NCBI GenBank assembly: GCA_963841435.1
Contig: CAWJCS010000003.1
Span: 384,001-448,000, forward strand
Length of the DNA: 64,000 nt
Direction of reading: 5' to 3'
DNA from: an uncultured delta proteobacterium
GTDB taxonomy: Bacteria > Myxococcota_A > Polyangia > Polyangiales > Polyangiaceae
Made by a program: the position numbers and the translations under genes. Shown one piece after another: positions 1-9,375 of this stretch. How positions within the stretch are numbered: the first letter of the stretch is position 1; each line of letters begins with the position of its first letter. The notes below the pieces were generated by a model. It did not search any database, had not been told where the DNA came from, and saw nothing but the letters and a program-made list of their open reading frames with translations.

Positions 1-507
1 GCCAGCGTTGCAATTGACCCCGAGCAAATCGTCATTGCATCCCACCTGAAGGTCGGTGGCGACACAGCGCAGCGCTCGCCACCCCGAACCACCCGCAGCT
101 CCCGAGCTGGCCCCGCTCTCACCCGCATCGCCTGCACCCCCACTCGTGTCCCCACCCGCGCCGCTCTGCCCTGCCCGGCCTCCGCTGCCACCGAGCGCGC
201 CTTGACCACCGCTGACTGCGCCGGCACCACCAGCGCCAGAGCCGCCAGGCCCGACGCCACCCATTGCGGCTCCACCCCGTCCGCCCCCGGCGGTCGCACC
301 TCCGGAAGGCGAACCCGCACCGCCTTCCGCCGCTCCCGTGCCTCCGCGCGCAGCACTGGACCCTGCCTTCCCTGCCTCGGACCCCGCACCGGTGCCGCCC
401 CCTCCCGGCACACCCGCCGACCCGCCGCTCGAGCCACCGTCGGTCGAGCGCCCGCACGCCACACCCAGAACCACCCCCAGAGCGAGCCAGACCCTACGGC
501 GTGACAT
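1..507 (-). CDS. Gly-rich lipoprotein with Cys-rich C-terminal domain, copy 2 (runs off the left edge; not in ORF track)
   Basis: Hand translation from ATG at 507: MSRRRVWLALGVVLGVACGRSTDGG...GWRALRCVATDLQVGCNDDLLGVNCNAG; lipobox-like LGVAC; paralog of 1156..1797. Confidence 0.8.
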   Translation of the reverse strand, partial: MSRRRVWLALGVVLGVACGRSTDGGSSGGSAGVPGGGGTGAGSEAGKAGSSAARGGTGAAEGGAGSPSGGATAGGGRGGAAMGGVGPGGSGAGGAGAVSGGQGALGGSGGRAGQSGAGGDTSGGAGDAGESGASSGAAGGSGWRALRCVATDLQVGCNDDLLGVNCNAG

Positions 508-757
508 CGAGGAAAGCTCCGCTCGTTGCGTGGTAGGCGATGGGCATGTTGGTGGCGGGATCGGTGCCACCGCCGCTCCAGGGTACGAAGTAGCGCAGCG
601 CGCCGCTCGCTTCCTTCGTGTAGAACGCGCCGTACTTGTAGTCGCCGTTGAAGCAGGATGGGTTTGGCGCGGTCAGGCAATCGACGCCCGGGAACGTCGC
701 CGACATCGACCATGCGGCGAGGGTCGAGACCGGTCCCACCAGGCCCGAGTAGATGAC
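494..757. repeat. 264-bp direct repeat, copy A (copy B at 1784..2047, offset 1290)
   Basis: Base-by-base comparison: identical except positions 665 and 668. Confidence 0.95.
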
Positions 758-980
758 CTGCGCATTTTCGCGGATCGTGTCGCCAGCGACCTCCGTCCAG
801 CGCAGCACGACCGGACTGTCCATGGTGCGGTCCGAGCCTGCGAGGCCATCGGCGGCGATGAGCTGGGGCCAGATCGAGTGGCGGCCCTGAGACGAAGCAT
901 CGACGACGTGCTCGCGGACGATGACGGGGCGCATGGTGTAGTTGCTCCCGCCGCGGAAGGTGACCGAGTAGACGTTGATG
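494..980 (-). pseudogene. Orphan copy of the C-terminal ~160 codons of the large lipoprotein (1784..4561); possible standalone ORF from ATG 934
   Basis: INVYSVTFRGGSNYTMRPVIVREHVVDAS...FLDVTP* aligns with the end of the 1784 ORF; upstream part of ORF 494..1186 is non-homologous and has no signal peptide. Confidence 0.75.
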
Positions 981-1089
981 AGCGCTGTTTCGGTGGAAGA
1001 ACACGGCGATGGCCGCTCGTTCACGTGCGGTCGACATGTCTTCTCAAGTTCTCGCACTACGCGGCCCAGCCGCGCGATCGAAGCCGGAC

Positions 1090-1155
1090 TCGTCAACGAC
1101 GCGCTCGTCCACGATGACGGGGCGCATGGAGTAGTCGGCCGCGCTGAAGAGCGTT
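1090..1155 (-). pseudogene. Short degenerate third fragment of the large lipoprotein gene
   Basis: TLFSAADYSMRPVIVDERVVD vs TLRSASNYSTRPIIVREHVVD in the full gene. Confidence 0.65.
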
Positions 1156-1797
1156 TCACGGTGGGCAGCAGCATTCGCGGCAGCACGCAGATCCCAGGAT
1201 GGCGCAGTCAGGAGGGGCTGGTGGCCCCTGGCAGTAGGCTTGAAGGATGGTGCAGCTCTCGCAGCCCGCGCCCACCGCCGCAGGCACGTCGCCGGCGTTA
1301 CAGTTGACACTGAGCAAGCCATCACCGCACCCTAGCTGAACGTCGGTGGCCACGCAGCGCAACGCCCGCCAACCCGACTCTCCCGCAGCACCCGACCCCC
1401 CGCTCTCGCCTCCCTCGCCAGCACCTCCACCGATCCCGGCGCCCGCGCCGCTCTGCCCGGCGCCGCCTCCGCCGACGGCGCTCTGACCGCCTCCGCCGAC
1501 TGCGCCAGCGCCCCCGCGCCCCGCGCCACCCACATCGCTTCCGCCTCGCCCCGCACCCGCGCCGCCCGAGGGCGAGCCCGCGCCCGCTGCTGCCGCGCCG
1601 GTGCCTCCCTGCGCTCCACTAGCCCCTCCCCTTCCTCCCTCGACGCCCGCCGCTGCGCCTCCGCCGACGCTACCACCCATGCCGCCTGCCCCCGGCAGAC
1701 CTGCCGACGCGCCGGCGCCGCCGCCGCCATTGCTCGAGCGCCCGCAGGCCGCGCCGAGCACCAACGACAAGACGAGCCAAACGCTACGGCGTGACAT
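1156..1797 (-). CDS. Gly-rich lipoprotein with Cys-rich C-terminal domain, copy 1
   Basis: ATG 1797 overlaps the end of the upstream gene by 14 nt; MSRRSVWLVLSLVLGAAC lipobox, Gly/Ala linker, Cys-rich tail ending CCRECCCPP. Confidence 0.8.
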   Translation of the reverse strand: MSRRSVWLVLSLVLGAACGRSSNGGGGAGASAGLPGAGGMGGSVGGGAAAGVEGGRGGASGAQGGTGAAAAGAGSPSGGAGAGRGGSDVGGAGRGGAGAVGGGGQSAVGGGGAGQSGAGAGIGGGAGEGGESGGSGAAGESGWRALRCVATDVQLGCGDGLLSVNCNAGDVPAAVGAGCESCTILQAYCQGPPAPPDCAILGSACCRECCCPP

Positions 1798-2047
1798 CGA
1801 GGAAAGCTCCGCTCGTTGCGTGGTAGGCGATGGGCATGTTGGTGGCGGGATCGGTGCCACCGCCGCTCCAGGGTACGAAGTAGCGCAGCGCGCCGCTCGC
1901 TTCCTTCGTGTAGAACGCGCCGTACTTGTAGTCGCCGTTGAAGCAGGATGGGTTCGGGGCGGTCAGGCAATCGACGCCCGGGAACGTCGCCGACATCGAC
2001 CATGCGGCGAGGGTCGAGACCGGTCCCACCAGGCCCGAGTAGATGAC
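1784..2047. repeat. 264-bp direct repeat, copy B
   Basis: Matches 494..757; weaker homology continues to about 2270 vs 980. Confidence 0.95.
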
Positions 2048-4561
2048 TCGCGCTTTCTCGCTGATCGTGTCACCGGCGACCTCGGTCCAGCGCAAGACGA
2101 CCGGGCTGTCTACGCTTCGATCCGAGCCTGAGAGGCCGTCTGCACCGATGAGCTGGGGCCACATCGAATGGCGGCCCTGAGCCGAAGCGTCGACCACGTG
2201 CTCGCGCACGATGATGGGGCGCGTGGAGTAGTTGCTCGCGCTCCGGAGCGTGACCGAATAGACGTTCACGACCAGCCTAGCGGCGCCTCCGGTCCCGGCG
2301 ATGCCGGTATATGCGACAAACACTCTGGGCGGGGTTCCCGAAACGCCGACGACGGTAGGCCCGTAGTGAATTCCCGCGAAAGGCTGACCATTCTGGGCCT
2401 GCAGAACCTCGGCACAGGCCGCAGATGGATCTGAGTCTAGGTCCCAAGTCTTCCTCCCAAACGGCGTGTAGATCTGCACCTGCGGCCGTAACTGAAAGCA
2501 GCGTGCGGTCACGAGATGCACGAACCTTCCGAAGCTCGGCGGCGTCGTGTTCAGCCGCGCGCGTTCGTCGAGCACGGTGGTCATCACCCTGGGTCCCGAC
2601 GCGTCGTCGTCACCAGTGACGAGCTGGGGTGGGACGATCTGCCACGAGAGGCTGGTCGCGCTCGTGACACCCCCCATGGCCGCGGAGTAGATGACGTTGT
2701 GGGCGAACGGGCTGCCCGCGCCACCCGGGCCAGCGGAAGCATTCGCATTCACGTAGAGCCGGTCGTCGAAGTTGTCCCAAAACATCTCGGGGCGATCGAC
2801 GACGCGCGCGGGTACTCCATCGGCGGTAAGGACGCCGAGCGCGGACGGATCGAACGCACCCGCCGTCCAGCCTACACCGCAGTTGGTGGACAGGCGCACG
2901 CCCACCATCCCAGCGTCGGGTCTGTCGAGCGTGTCGCAGGACCAGGTCCCAGCTGGTGTCGGCGAAAGAGCGGTGCAGGTGCCCGGCTGGTTGTTGACGG
3001 ATCCCGAGCAGGTACCGCTGCAGCAGTCAGCCACACCAGGAAAGCAACTCGCGCCGCCGAGCCCTCCGCAGCTTGCCAGACATTGGCACTGCTGCGTTCC
3101 GTAGATGCACGCCCTCCGATCGTTTGCCTGGGGCGTGCAGGCCGTACCGGCGGCAGGCTGAGTCATCGGGCAAAAGCCGGGCTGCTGGATGCCAGCAGTC
3201 GGGTCCGTGCACCATCGGATGCTGAAGCCGGCGTGCACCGCGCGGCCGCCCGAGATCCGCGTCATGAGGTTGTCCGTCAGCACCGCACTCTGCATGTTGT
3301 GTTCATCGGAATAGTATGGCGTACCGTTCGTGCGGGCGGGCCAGGCCGGTGTGTAGGCCGGGAGCCAGCTTCCGAAACAGCTCGCGGGCTGGGGTGACGC
3401 GTCGGGAAAGGTCTGATTCCCTGGCTCGGGCCGCACGATCGTCGCGCTCTGCGTCGTGCCGATGTCCGCGATTGGCTTGTACATCATGTGGGCGCCCCAG
3501 AAGCTGACGAACGCGGTGGGCGCCGAGCACTGCGCGTTGAGCTGCGGCGTCAGCAGGGCGGAGGCGATCTCCACCGCTTCCGAATCGGTCGAGAAGAGGC
3601 CACGCGGCTGAGTAACGCTCTGGAATGGCCGCACGAGATCCTGCGTTCGCTGCGAGAGCACCGGCGCGTCGATGCGCACCGCCTCGAAGACCGTCACGTT
3701 CTTGCCGAAGAAATGGCCCTGCCCGCCAGCTTTGACCTCGATGTCCGCGTTGGGCGCGAGGAGCAGGTCGCCGTAGAAGGGGTACTCGACTGGCACCGTG
3801 CTCGAACCCAGGTAGCCGAGCACCATGCCGGGCTTGTTCAACGTGGCGCGCAAGATGAGTGAGTCCCGCACGAAAATCCACGGCGGCGTCACGGACGTGA
3901 GCTGCACCGTCGCGCCCGAATTGAGGATCAGCTCCACGAAGCCGTAGTCGGACCCAGTGAGAACCAGCGTTCCCCCAGAGTTCACGGTCCAGCGGCCGTA
4001 GCTGCCTGAGGCGAGCGGAACGGTCTCGCCGCTGTTCACGTTCAGGTTCGTGCCGGAGTCCGGCGCGGACATCGAGACGGTCCAGATTGGCTCCTGTCGG
4101 ATCGTTACGTGCGTTCGGTTCTCTTGCGGCTGAGCGAACACCACGCCAAGCTGTTCGGTCGCGGTACCCTCGGTCTTGTAAAACTCCACGTTCGCGCCCT
4201 GATTGTGGTTGCGCAGGAGCAAATTGGGTCGCGACCACACCACCCCGGCCCGGAGCGCGGCGATGTTGCTCGTCGTGCTGGGCGAACCGAACGCGGCGAC
4301 GTTGCCGAATTGCGACAGCTGCCCCGGCACGAGCGTGTGAATTTCGGAGTTGTCGTTGAGGTTCACGACACCGGTCGCGCCGATGACGATGTCCTGCGGG
4401 CTGAAGCCGACGGGTACCGGCAGCGCAAAGGTCTGCGTCAGCGCTTCGCGCGTGGAAGAGGTTGTCTCACCCCCCCCCACATCGCCGTTCACGCTCCCAC
4501 AACCAAGCGCGAGCCATGACAACCCGCAAAAAATCAAGCCCCCACGATTTCGCCTGTTCAT
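1784..4561 (-). CDS. Large secreted lipoprotein (~925 aa): N-terminal beta-helix-like region, Cys-rich middle, uncharacterised C-terminal region
   Basis: Start MNRRNRGG...WLALGC (lipobox); repeats NVNSGETV/TVNSGGTL/ILNSGATV and LLAPNA motif suggest a beta-solenoid; Cys cluster CQCLASC...CCSGTC. Confidence 0.75.
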   Translation of the reverse strand: MNRRNRGGLIFCGLSWLALGCGSVNGDVGGGETTSSTREALTQTFALPVPVGFSPQDIVIGATGVVNLNDNSEIHTLVPGQLSQFGNVAAFGSPSTTSNIAALRAGVVWSRPNLLLRNHNQGANVEFYKTEGTATEQLGVVFAQPQENRTHVTIRQEPIWTVSMSAPDSGTNLNVNSGETVPLASGSYGRWTVNSGGTLVLTGSDYGFVELILNSGATVQLTSVTPPWIFVRDSLILRATLNKPGMVLGYLGSSTVPVEYPFYGDLLLAPNADIEVKAGGQGHFFGKNVTVFEAVRIDAPVLSQRTQDLVRPFQSVTQPRGLFSTDSEAVEIASALLTPQLNAQCSAPTAFVSFWGAHMMYKPIADIGTTQSATIVRPEPGNQTFPDASPQPASCFGSWLPAYTPAWPARTNGTPYYSDEHNMQSAVLTDNLMTRISGGRAVHAGFSIRWCTDPTAGIQQPGFCPMTQPAAGTACTPQANDRRACIYGTQQCQCLASCGGLGGASCFPGVADCCSGTCSGSVNNQPGTCTALSPTPAGTWSCDTLDRPDAGMVGVRLSTNCGVGWTAGAFDPSALGVLTADGVPARVVDRPEMFWDNFDDRLYVNANASAGPGGAGSPFAHNVIYSAAMGGVTSATSLSWQIVPPQLVTGDDDASGPRVMTTVLDERARLNTTPPSFGRFVHLVTARCFQLRPQVQIYTPFGRKTWDLDSDPSAACAEVLQAQNGQPFAGIHYGPTVVGVSGTPPRVFVAYTGIAGTGGAARLVVNVYSVTLRSASNYSTRPIIVREHVVDASAQGRHSMWPQLIGADGLSGSDRSVDSPVVLRWTEVAGDTISEKARVIYSGLVGPVSTLAAWSMSATFPGVDCLTAPNPSCFNGDYKYGAFYTKEASGALRYFVPWSGGGTDPATNMPIAYHATSGAFLDVTP

Positions 4562-4822
4562 CGCTCGTCCTCCAGCGGCCGAAGCGGACCACCCGCACAC
4601 AGGACTAGGAGCATAAGCCCACTGCGTGCGGGACGTCAACGCGCCGTGCCATGAGCGGCGCGGACCTCCGGCCCCGAGCCCTTGGGTGCGAGCAGGACAA
4701 TACCCGAGAAGCGCGGAAGGGGTCGGCGGGAAGCTCGTGATTTCGCGATGTCGCGCGCGATGACGGCGGTGCGACCGCGGTCGGTAGTGGCCGCGCCCAC
4801 GAGCTCGCCCGCTTGGTGCGCT

Positions 4823-5002
4823 TCACATGGGCTGCTCCGCGTAGGGCGTCCGATCGGGGTCCGCCGAGGAAACGACGAGCAGCGCCCGCGCCCATTGCGA
4901 AACGACGAGGACGCTGAGGACGAGGTACAGCGCGGCGAGGTACGGCGTGAGCCCGTGCTCGAGCTTGCTGGGCGAGCGGCTGTGGGCGAGCGAGGCTTCC
5001 AT
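4823..5002 (-). CDS. Small single-TM hypothetical protein (59 aa)
   Basis: MEASLAH... with hydrophobic stretch YLAALYLVLSVLVV; sigma54-like motif directly upstream. Confidence 0.4.
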   Translation of the reverse strand: MEASLAHSRSPSKLEHGLTPYLAALYLVLSVLVVSQWARALLVVSSADPDRTPYAEQPM

Positions 5003-5014
5003 GCCCAGGCCTAG

Positions 5015-5030
5015 AGCAGCCGCCGTGCCA
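5015..5030 (-). promoter_or_regulatory. Putative sigma54 -24/-12 promoter
   Basis: Minus strand TGGCACGGCGGCTGCT, GG-N10-GC spacing with TGGCACG. Confidence 0.55.
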
Positions 5031-5146
5031 AAGGCGGTCCGGCGAGCCAAACGGCATTTTTCGCTGCGCTTCGCCGTCACGCCGGACGCGCGGTGTCCGA
5101 CTCCGGACAAACGTCCGTCAGGCAAGCACTGGCAAGGGCGTCACCG

Positions 5147-7225
5147 TCAGCCGAATGAGCGACGGAGCTCCTCCGCGAGCTCCGCGGGGGCGCGCGCCAC
5201 GCTCCGGGGCACGGGCCGCTCCGCCTGCAACAGCGGCCAGATCGAGCTGCGGACGGGCTCGGGGATGACGTGCTCGAAATACTCGAGAGCCGTGCCCCGG
5301 AGCTTCTGCTCGCCGCTTGCGAGGGCGCGCAGCGCGAGCTCGAGCGGCTCGGCGTCGATGAGCAGGCCGAGCAGGGTCATCACCTGGTCGAGCGCTACGT
5401 CGGGGCTCGACTCGATTTCCTTCATGCAAGCCTCGAGCAGGATGCGCCGCGGAGGGGCAAGCTCGGGGCGCGCGCGCGTGATGTCGCGCAGCGCGAGCGC
5501 GGCACGCACCCTGAGGTCGCGCTGGTCGGCGAGCAACGCTTCGGATAGGCCGCGCACGGCGCGCGGATGGTGCGCGACACGCAGCACCCTGGGGACGCGC
5601 CGACGCAACCGCATCGGTAGCTCGGGATCGAGCAGGGCGTTGACGAGCTGCCCGGGCACGCGGTTCGCCACGGTCTTCAGCGCTGCCACGGCCGCGTCCT
5701 CGGTCGCATCGTCGGAGAGCATCGGGATCACGAGCGAGACCAGCTCGAGCTCCAGGGGTCCATCGCGTAGCGTCTGGACGATGCGCGGGGCGTCGCCGCT
5801 TTCGAGCACGGAAAGACGCATCCCGAGCCGGGAAGTTGACACGAGAGAGCGGGACGAGCCCGTGCGGCGCAGGGCGTCGATTTCGCGTAGGAGCGCGTCG
5901 CGATCGAGCTCGAGCTGCGTCTGGGACATCGTGAGCCGCGTCGTGGCATCGGCGGCGTGACCTGGCTCGATCTCGACGCGTCCCTCGCGCAGACTCGCCG
6001 CGAGCTCGTTCACGTAGCCGCGCTCCAGGCGGCTCGTGAGCCACAGCGCCACCGTCGAAGCAGCCACGGCGATCACGAGCCCGGCGCGCACGCCGAGCGC
6101 CGGCGAAAGCGCCGCGAACCCGAGCACGGCGCCGCTGCCGAGGGCTTCGCCCAAGCGGTCGCAGGCGACGTTGATGAGCGTCTTCTTCGAGCGTTTCTCG
6201 TGCAACGGCAGGGGCGCGTAGAGCGGCTCGTAGGCGGCGCGAAACAGCGAGCTCTCGAGCGCGACGCCCGAGGCGCGCAGCAGCACGATCACCGGACCGA
6301 CCGGCAGGATGGCAGCCACGACGCCGAGTACCGCGACGGCAGCGGGCAGCGCGCCTAGCCCCACACCGATGCCGAATCGCGACAAGATCCAGCGAGATAC
6401 GGAGAGCTGCAGCCCAACCGCCGCCAGGCTCACGAGCATGTAAAAGACGGCGAAGAAGGAAACGAGCGAGGCGCCGTTGCGATACGAGCCGGCCACCGTG
6501 GCCTTGAACGCGAAGTCCACGACCGCGCTCGAGAGGCCCACGAGCGCGACGAGCGCCGCCATCTGCACGAGGTACCGAGCGCTCGTGCGGGACGGCGCGT
6601 CGGCGGCCGGCGGCGCGCTGGGACGCGCCGCGACGGAGCGCGCCGAGAGAGCCAGCGCGCCCACGGCAGCAACGAGCGAGCCCGCCGAGAGCAGGAGCAG
6701 CATCGGGCCGAAGCCGAGCCGCGCCCCCACGCCATGAGCCGCCAGGCCGCCGAGCAACCCGCCCAGCGCGGCGCCCACCGCGAGCCGCCCCGCGATGCGC
6801 CGGACGGTGTGCGGATCGAAGCGCTCGTTGACGATCGACCAGAACCCGCTGACGCCGATGCCACCAGCGATCGACGCGTGCATGTAGACGAGCACGACCG
6901 CGGCGCCCGGCCACGTCACGAGCAGGCGCCACTCGAGCCAGTAGGTCGCGCTGCTCGCGATGAGGAAGGCGGCAACGACGCGGCCGGGGCCGAAGCGCGC
7001 CATCGCGCGCGACGACACGAGCACCGCCGTGAGCCCCACGCCCGCGGCCGCGAGCATCGCCTTGGGCAGGTCGGCGGCCGCGAATGTCGAGAGGAACAGG
7101 GCGTCGCGACAAGCGCGCGCGGCGACGTGCAGCGCGATCAAAAGGGCTATCGACGCCACCGCAAGCACGACCGGCCCCGAGGCTTCCGAGGGCGACGCGA
7201 GAGCGGGGTGGCGACGCGAGCTCAT
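5147..7225 (-). CDS. MFS-like NTP/NDP exchange (Npt/TLC) type membrane protein with C-terminal HEAT-like repeats
   Basis: About 12 hydrophobic segments; motifs RDALFLS, FWSIVNERFD, YEPLYAPLP..KRSKKTLINV..DRLG; helical repeat C-terminus; start taken at MSSRRHP. Confidence 0.7.
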   Translation of the reverse strand: MSSRRHPALASPSEASGPVVLAVASIALLIALHVAARACRDALFLSTFAAADLPKAMLAAAGVGLTAVLVSSRAMARFGPGRVVAAFLIASSATYWLEWRLLVTWPGAAVVLVYMHASIAGGIGVSGFWSIVNERFDPHTVRRIAGRLAVGAALGGLLGGLAAHGVGARLGFGPMLLLLSAGSLVAAVGALALSARSVAARPSAPPAADAPSRTSARYLVQMAALVALVGLSSAVVDFAFKATVAGSYRNGASLVSFFAVFYMLVSLAAVGLQLSVSRWILSRFGIGVGLGALPAAVAVLGVVAAILPVGPVIVLLRASGVALESSLFRAAYEPLYAPLPLHEKRSKKTLINVACDRLGEALGSGAVLGFAALSPALGVRAGLVIAVAASTVALWLTSRLERGYVNELAASLREGRVEIEPGHAADATTRLTMSQTQLELDRDALLREIDALRRTGSSRSLVSTSRLGMRLSVLESGDAPRIVQTLRDGPLELELVSLVIPMLSDDATEDAAVAALKTVANRVPGQLVNALLDPELPMRLRRRVPRVLRVAHHPRAVRGLSEALLADQRDLRVRAALALRDITRARPELAPPRRILLEACMKEIESSPDVALDQVMTLLGLLIDAEPLELALRALASGEQKLRGTALEYFEHVIPEPVRSSIWPLLQAERPVPRSVARAPAELAEELRRSFG

Positions 7226-7251
7226 CGAGGCTTCGTGGTGAGGCGCTAAAC

Positions 7252-8412
7252 TCAGCCGCGCGTCAGGGTGAGGCGCGAGCGGGCGAAGTCCGCATTGCTG
7301 GAAGAGGTACGCCCCGGAAGAACGAGGCGGATCCAGGCGCCACCGTCGGGTCGGTTCGAGAGCCCGATGCTGCCACCGTGCGCCTCCACGATCTCCTGGC
7401 AAAGCGAGAGCCCCATGCCGCTGCCACTCGCCTTGGTCGTGTAGAGCGGCATCAGGGCGTTCTTGAGCGCTTCTTGCGCGAACCCGGGGCCGCGGTCAAG
7501 CACGTCGATCTCGCTCGTTCCGTCATCGCCCGTCGTGGCGCGCACTTCGATCTCGCTCGGCGTGGTGCCGGCCTCGGCGGCGTTTTTGACGAGATTGATG
7601 AGCACCTGCTCGAGCTGGGCCGGATCGAAGTAGCCATCGACGCGCGGGGGCTCGGGCCAGCGCACGTCGGGATAGAGCGACGAGAGCTGCCGCAAAAAGC
7701 CCTCCCAGGCGACGATCCGCGCCCGCGGCTTCGGCAGGCGCGCGAGCGTGGCGTAGCCGTCGAGGAACGTCTTCAGGTGGCGCGTCCGCTCGTCGATCGT
7801 GTCGAAGGCGCGTTCGAGCTTGGCGGCGTGCTCGGGGCTCTTCGCCATGAGGCGCGCGGAGTGCACGAGCGAGCTCACGGGAGCGAGCGAGTTGTTCACC
7901 TCGTGACTGATGACGCGAACGACTCGCTTGAGGACCTCCACCTCGTGGCGACCGATCTCCCGCGTGAGGTAGCGGACGACGAGCAGCGTGTGCAGCTCGT
8001 CGTCCATCATGAACGCACGGCGCGACACGTGATAGGTCTCGCGCCGCCCCTCGAGCTCCATGCTGAACAACCGATCGCTGTCGCCGAGCAGCGCCTCGCG
8101 AAGCGGCGCCGGCGCTGCGGCGACCAGCCGGATGAAGTTCTGCCCCTCGGGTGCCTTGCCTTCGAAAAACAGCTCGCACGCCACGGGGTTCGCATAGCGA
8201 ATGACACCGTGGTCCGAAAAGAAGAGCACGGCGTCGGGAGCGCTGTCGGCAATCGCCCGCAACACGACTTCACTCGGGCGGCTGCTCGAGGAGGACGAGC
8301 GATCGGCGGCGTCGAGCGCGGCCCCCCCTTCGTCGCCCGAGGTTCGCCGCCGTCCCACGGCGTAGCCGACGACGAGCCCGAGGGCGGCGAGCACGATGGC
8401 GATCGCACTCAT
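7252..8412 (-). CDS. Membrane sensor histidine kinase (TM-PAS-HisKA-HATPase)
   Basis: H-box SHEVNNSL, N-box [17 protein letters not shown] boxes [16 protein letters not shown] overlap with upstream ORF. Confidence 0.9.
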   Translation of the reverse strand: MSAIAIVLAALGLVVGYAVGRRRTSGDEGGAALDAADRSSSSSSRPSEVVLRAIADSAPDAVLFFSDHGVIRYANPVACELFFEGKAPEGQNFIRLVAAAPAPLREALLGDSDRLFSMELEGRRETYHVSRRAFMMDDELHTLLVVRYLTREIGRHEVEVLKRVVRVISHEVNNSLAPVSSLVHSARLMAKSPEHAAKLERAFDTIDERTRHLKTFLDGYATLARLPKPRARIVAWEGFLRQLSSLYPDVRWPEPPRVDGYFDPAQLEQVLINLVKNAAEAGTTPSEIEVRATTGDDGTSEIDVLDRGPGFAQEALKNALMPLYTTKASGSGMGLSLCQEIVEAHGGSIGLSNRPDGGAWIRLVLPGRTSSSNADFARSRLTLTRG

Positions 8413-9179
8413 GACAGACTTGCCGGCGGGAGCAGGCCGTGGCGCGATTCGCGCTCGAAGAACTCGGCGAGCTCGGCCTCGCGGTCGACCGCCGGCGCGC
8501 GCCCGAAACGCCGCGCCGCCCAGCTCGACAGGTCGTCGAAGAGCGAATAGGCGACGGGGGTCGCGACGAGCGTGAGCAAGAGCGACAGCACCTGACCGCC
8601 GACGATCACCCCCGCGGTCGCGCGATTGAAGCCGGCTCCGATGCCCGTGGACGTGACGAGTGGAATCATGCCGGCCACGAACGCAATGGTGGTCATGAGA
8701 ATGGGGCGCAGGCGCTCGCGATTCGCCACCACGATGGCCTCGCCACGCGGCATGCCGCGTGCCCGAAGCTGATTCGTGTGGTCGATCTGCAAGATGGCGT
8801 TCTTCTTCACGACACCGAACAACACCAACAGGCCCAACATCGAGTAGATGTCGAGCGCCTGGCCGAAAAGGAGCAAGGAGATCAGCGCGAACGGCAGCGT
8901 CAGCGGCAGAGCGAGCAAGATGGTGATGGGATGGAGCCAGGATTCGAACTGGGCCGCCAGCACCAGATACATGAACACGAACGACAGCCCGAAAGCAGCC
9001 AGGAAGGCCTGCCCCGTGCGGCCCATTTCGCGGGATTGGCCGCTTGGAACGGCGGTGTAGCCCGCGGGCAGGTGCATGTCCGCGAGCGCTTTGTCCACAC
9101 CGGCCATCACGGTGCCCTGCGCCGCTCCCGGCGCGAGATTCGTGTTGAGCACCAGGCTCTCGAAGCTCGCGCGCGACAC
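8409..9179 (-). pseudogene. C-terminal ~250-aa fragment of an AcrB/AcrD/AcrF-family RND permease
   Basis: [29 protein letters not shown] motifs; no room for the N-terminal three quarters before the divergent regulator. Confidence 0.8.
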
Positions 9180-9278
9180 GGGCTCGCCGCGCAGCGAGCG
9201 TTCGCGGTCTCCTGGACGCGGAAACCGACGTGACCCGGGCGCGGCTCGAGGCCCTCGATGCGCGCATCGACGCCAGGG

Positions 9279-9294
9279 TGGCACGCGTGAGGCT
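9279..9294 (+). promoter_or_regulatory. Possible sigma54 promoter upstream of the response regulator
   Basis: TGGCACGCGTGAGGCT, correct GG-N10-GC spacing, weak -12 element. Confidence 0.35.
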
Positions 9295-9375
9295 CCACTA
9301 CGCGCTCGGCCGCGAGAGCTGCTTGACAGCGGGATTACGCCAGGGTTCGTTCCCCTCGAACGGCGCGAATTGCCA

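Noticed and set aside
494-2047. Diversity-generating retroelement TR/VR pair
   Set aside because: Only two differences, both synonymous and not an adenine-specific pattern; no reverse transcriptase in the window
4636-4651. Sigma54 promoter for the large lipoprotein (TGGCACGGCGCGTTGA)
   Set aside because: -12 element is off by one base and lacks GC
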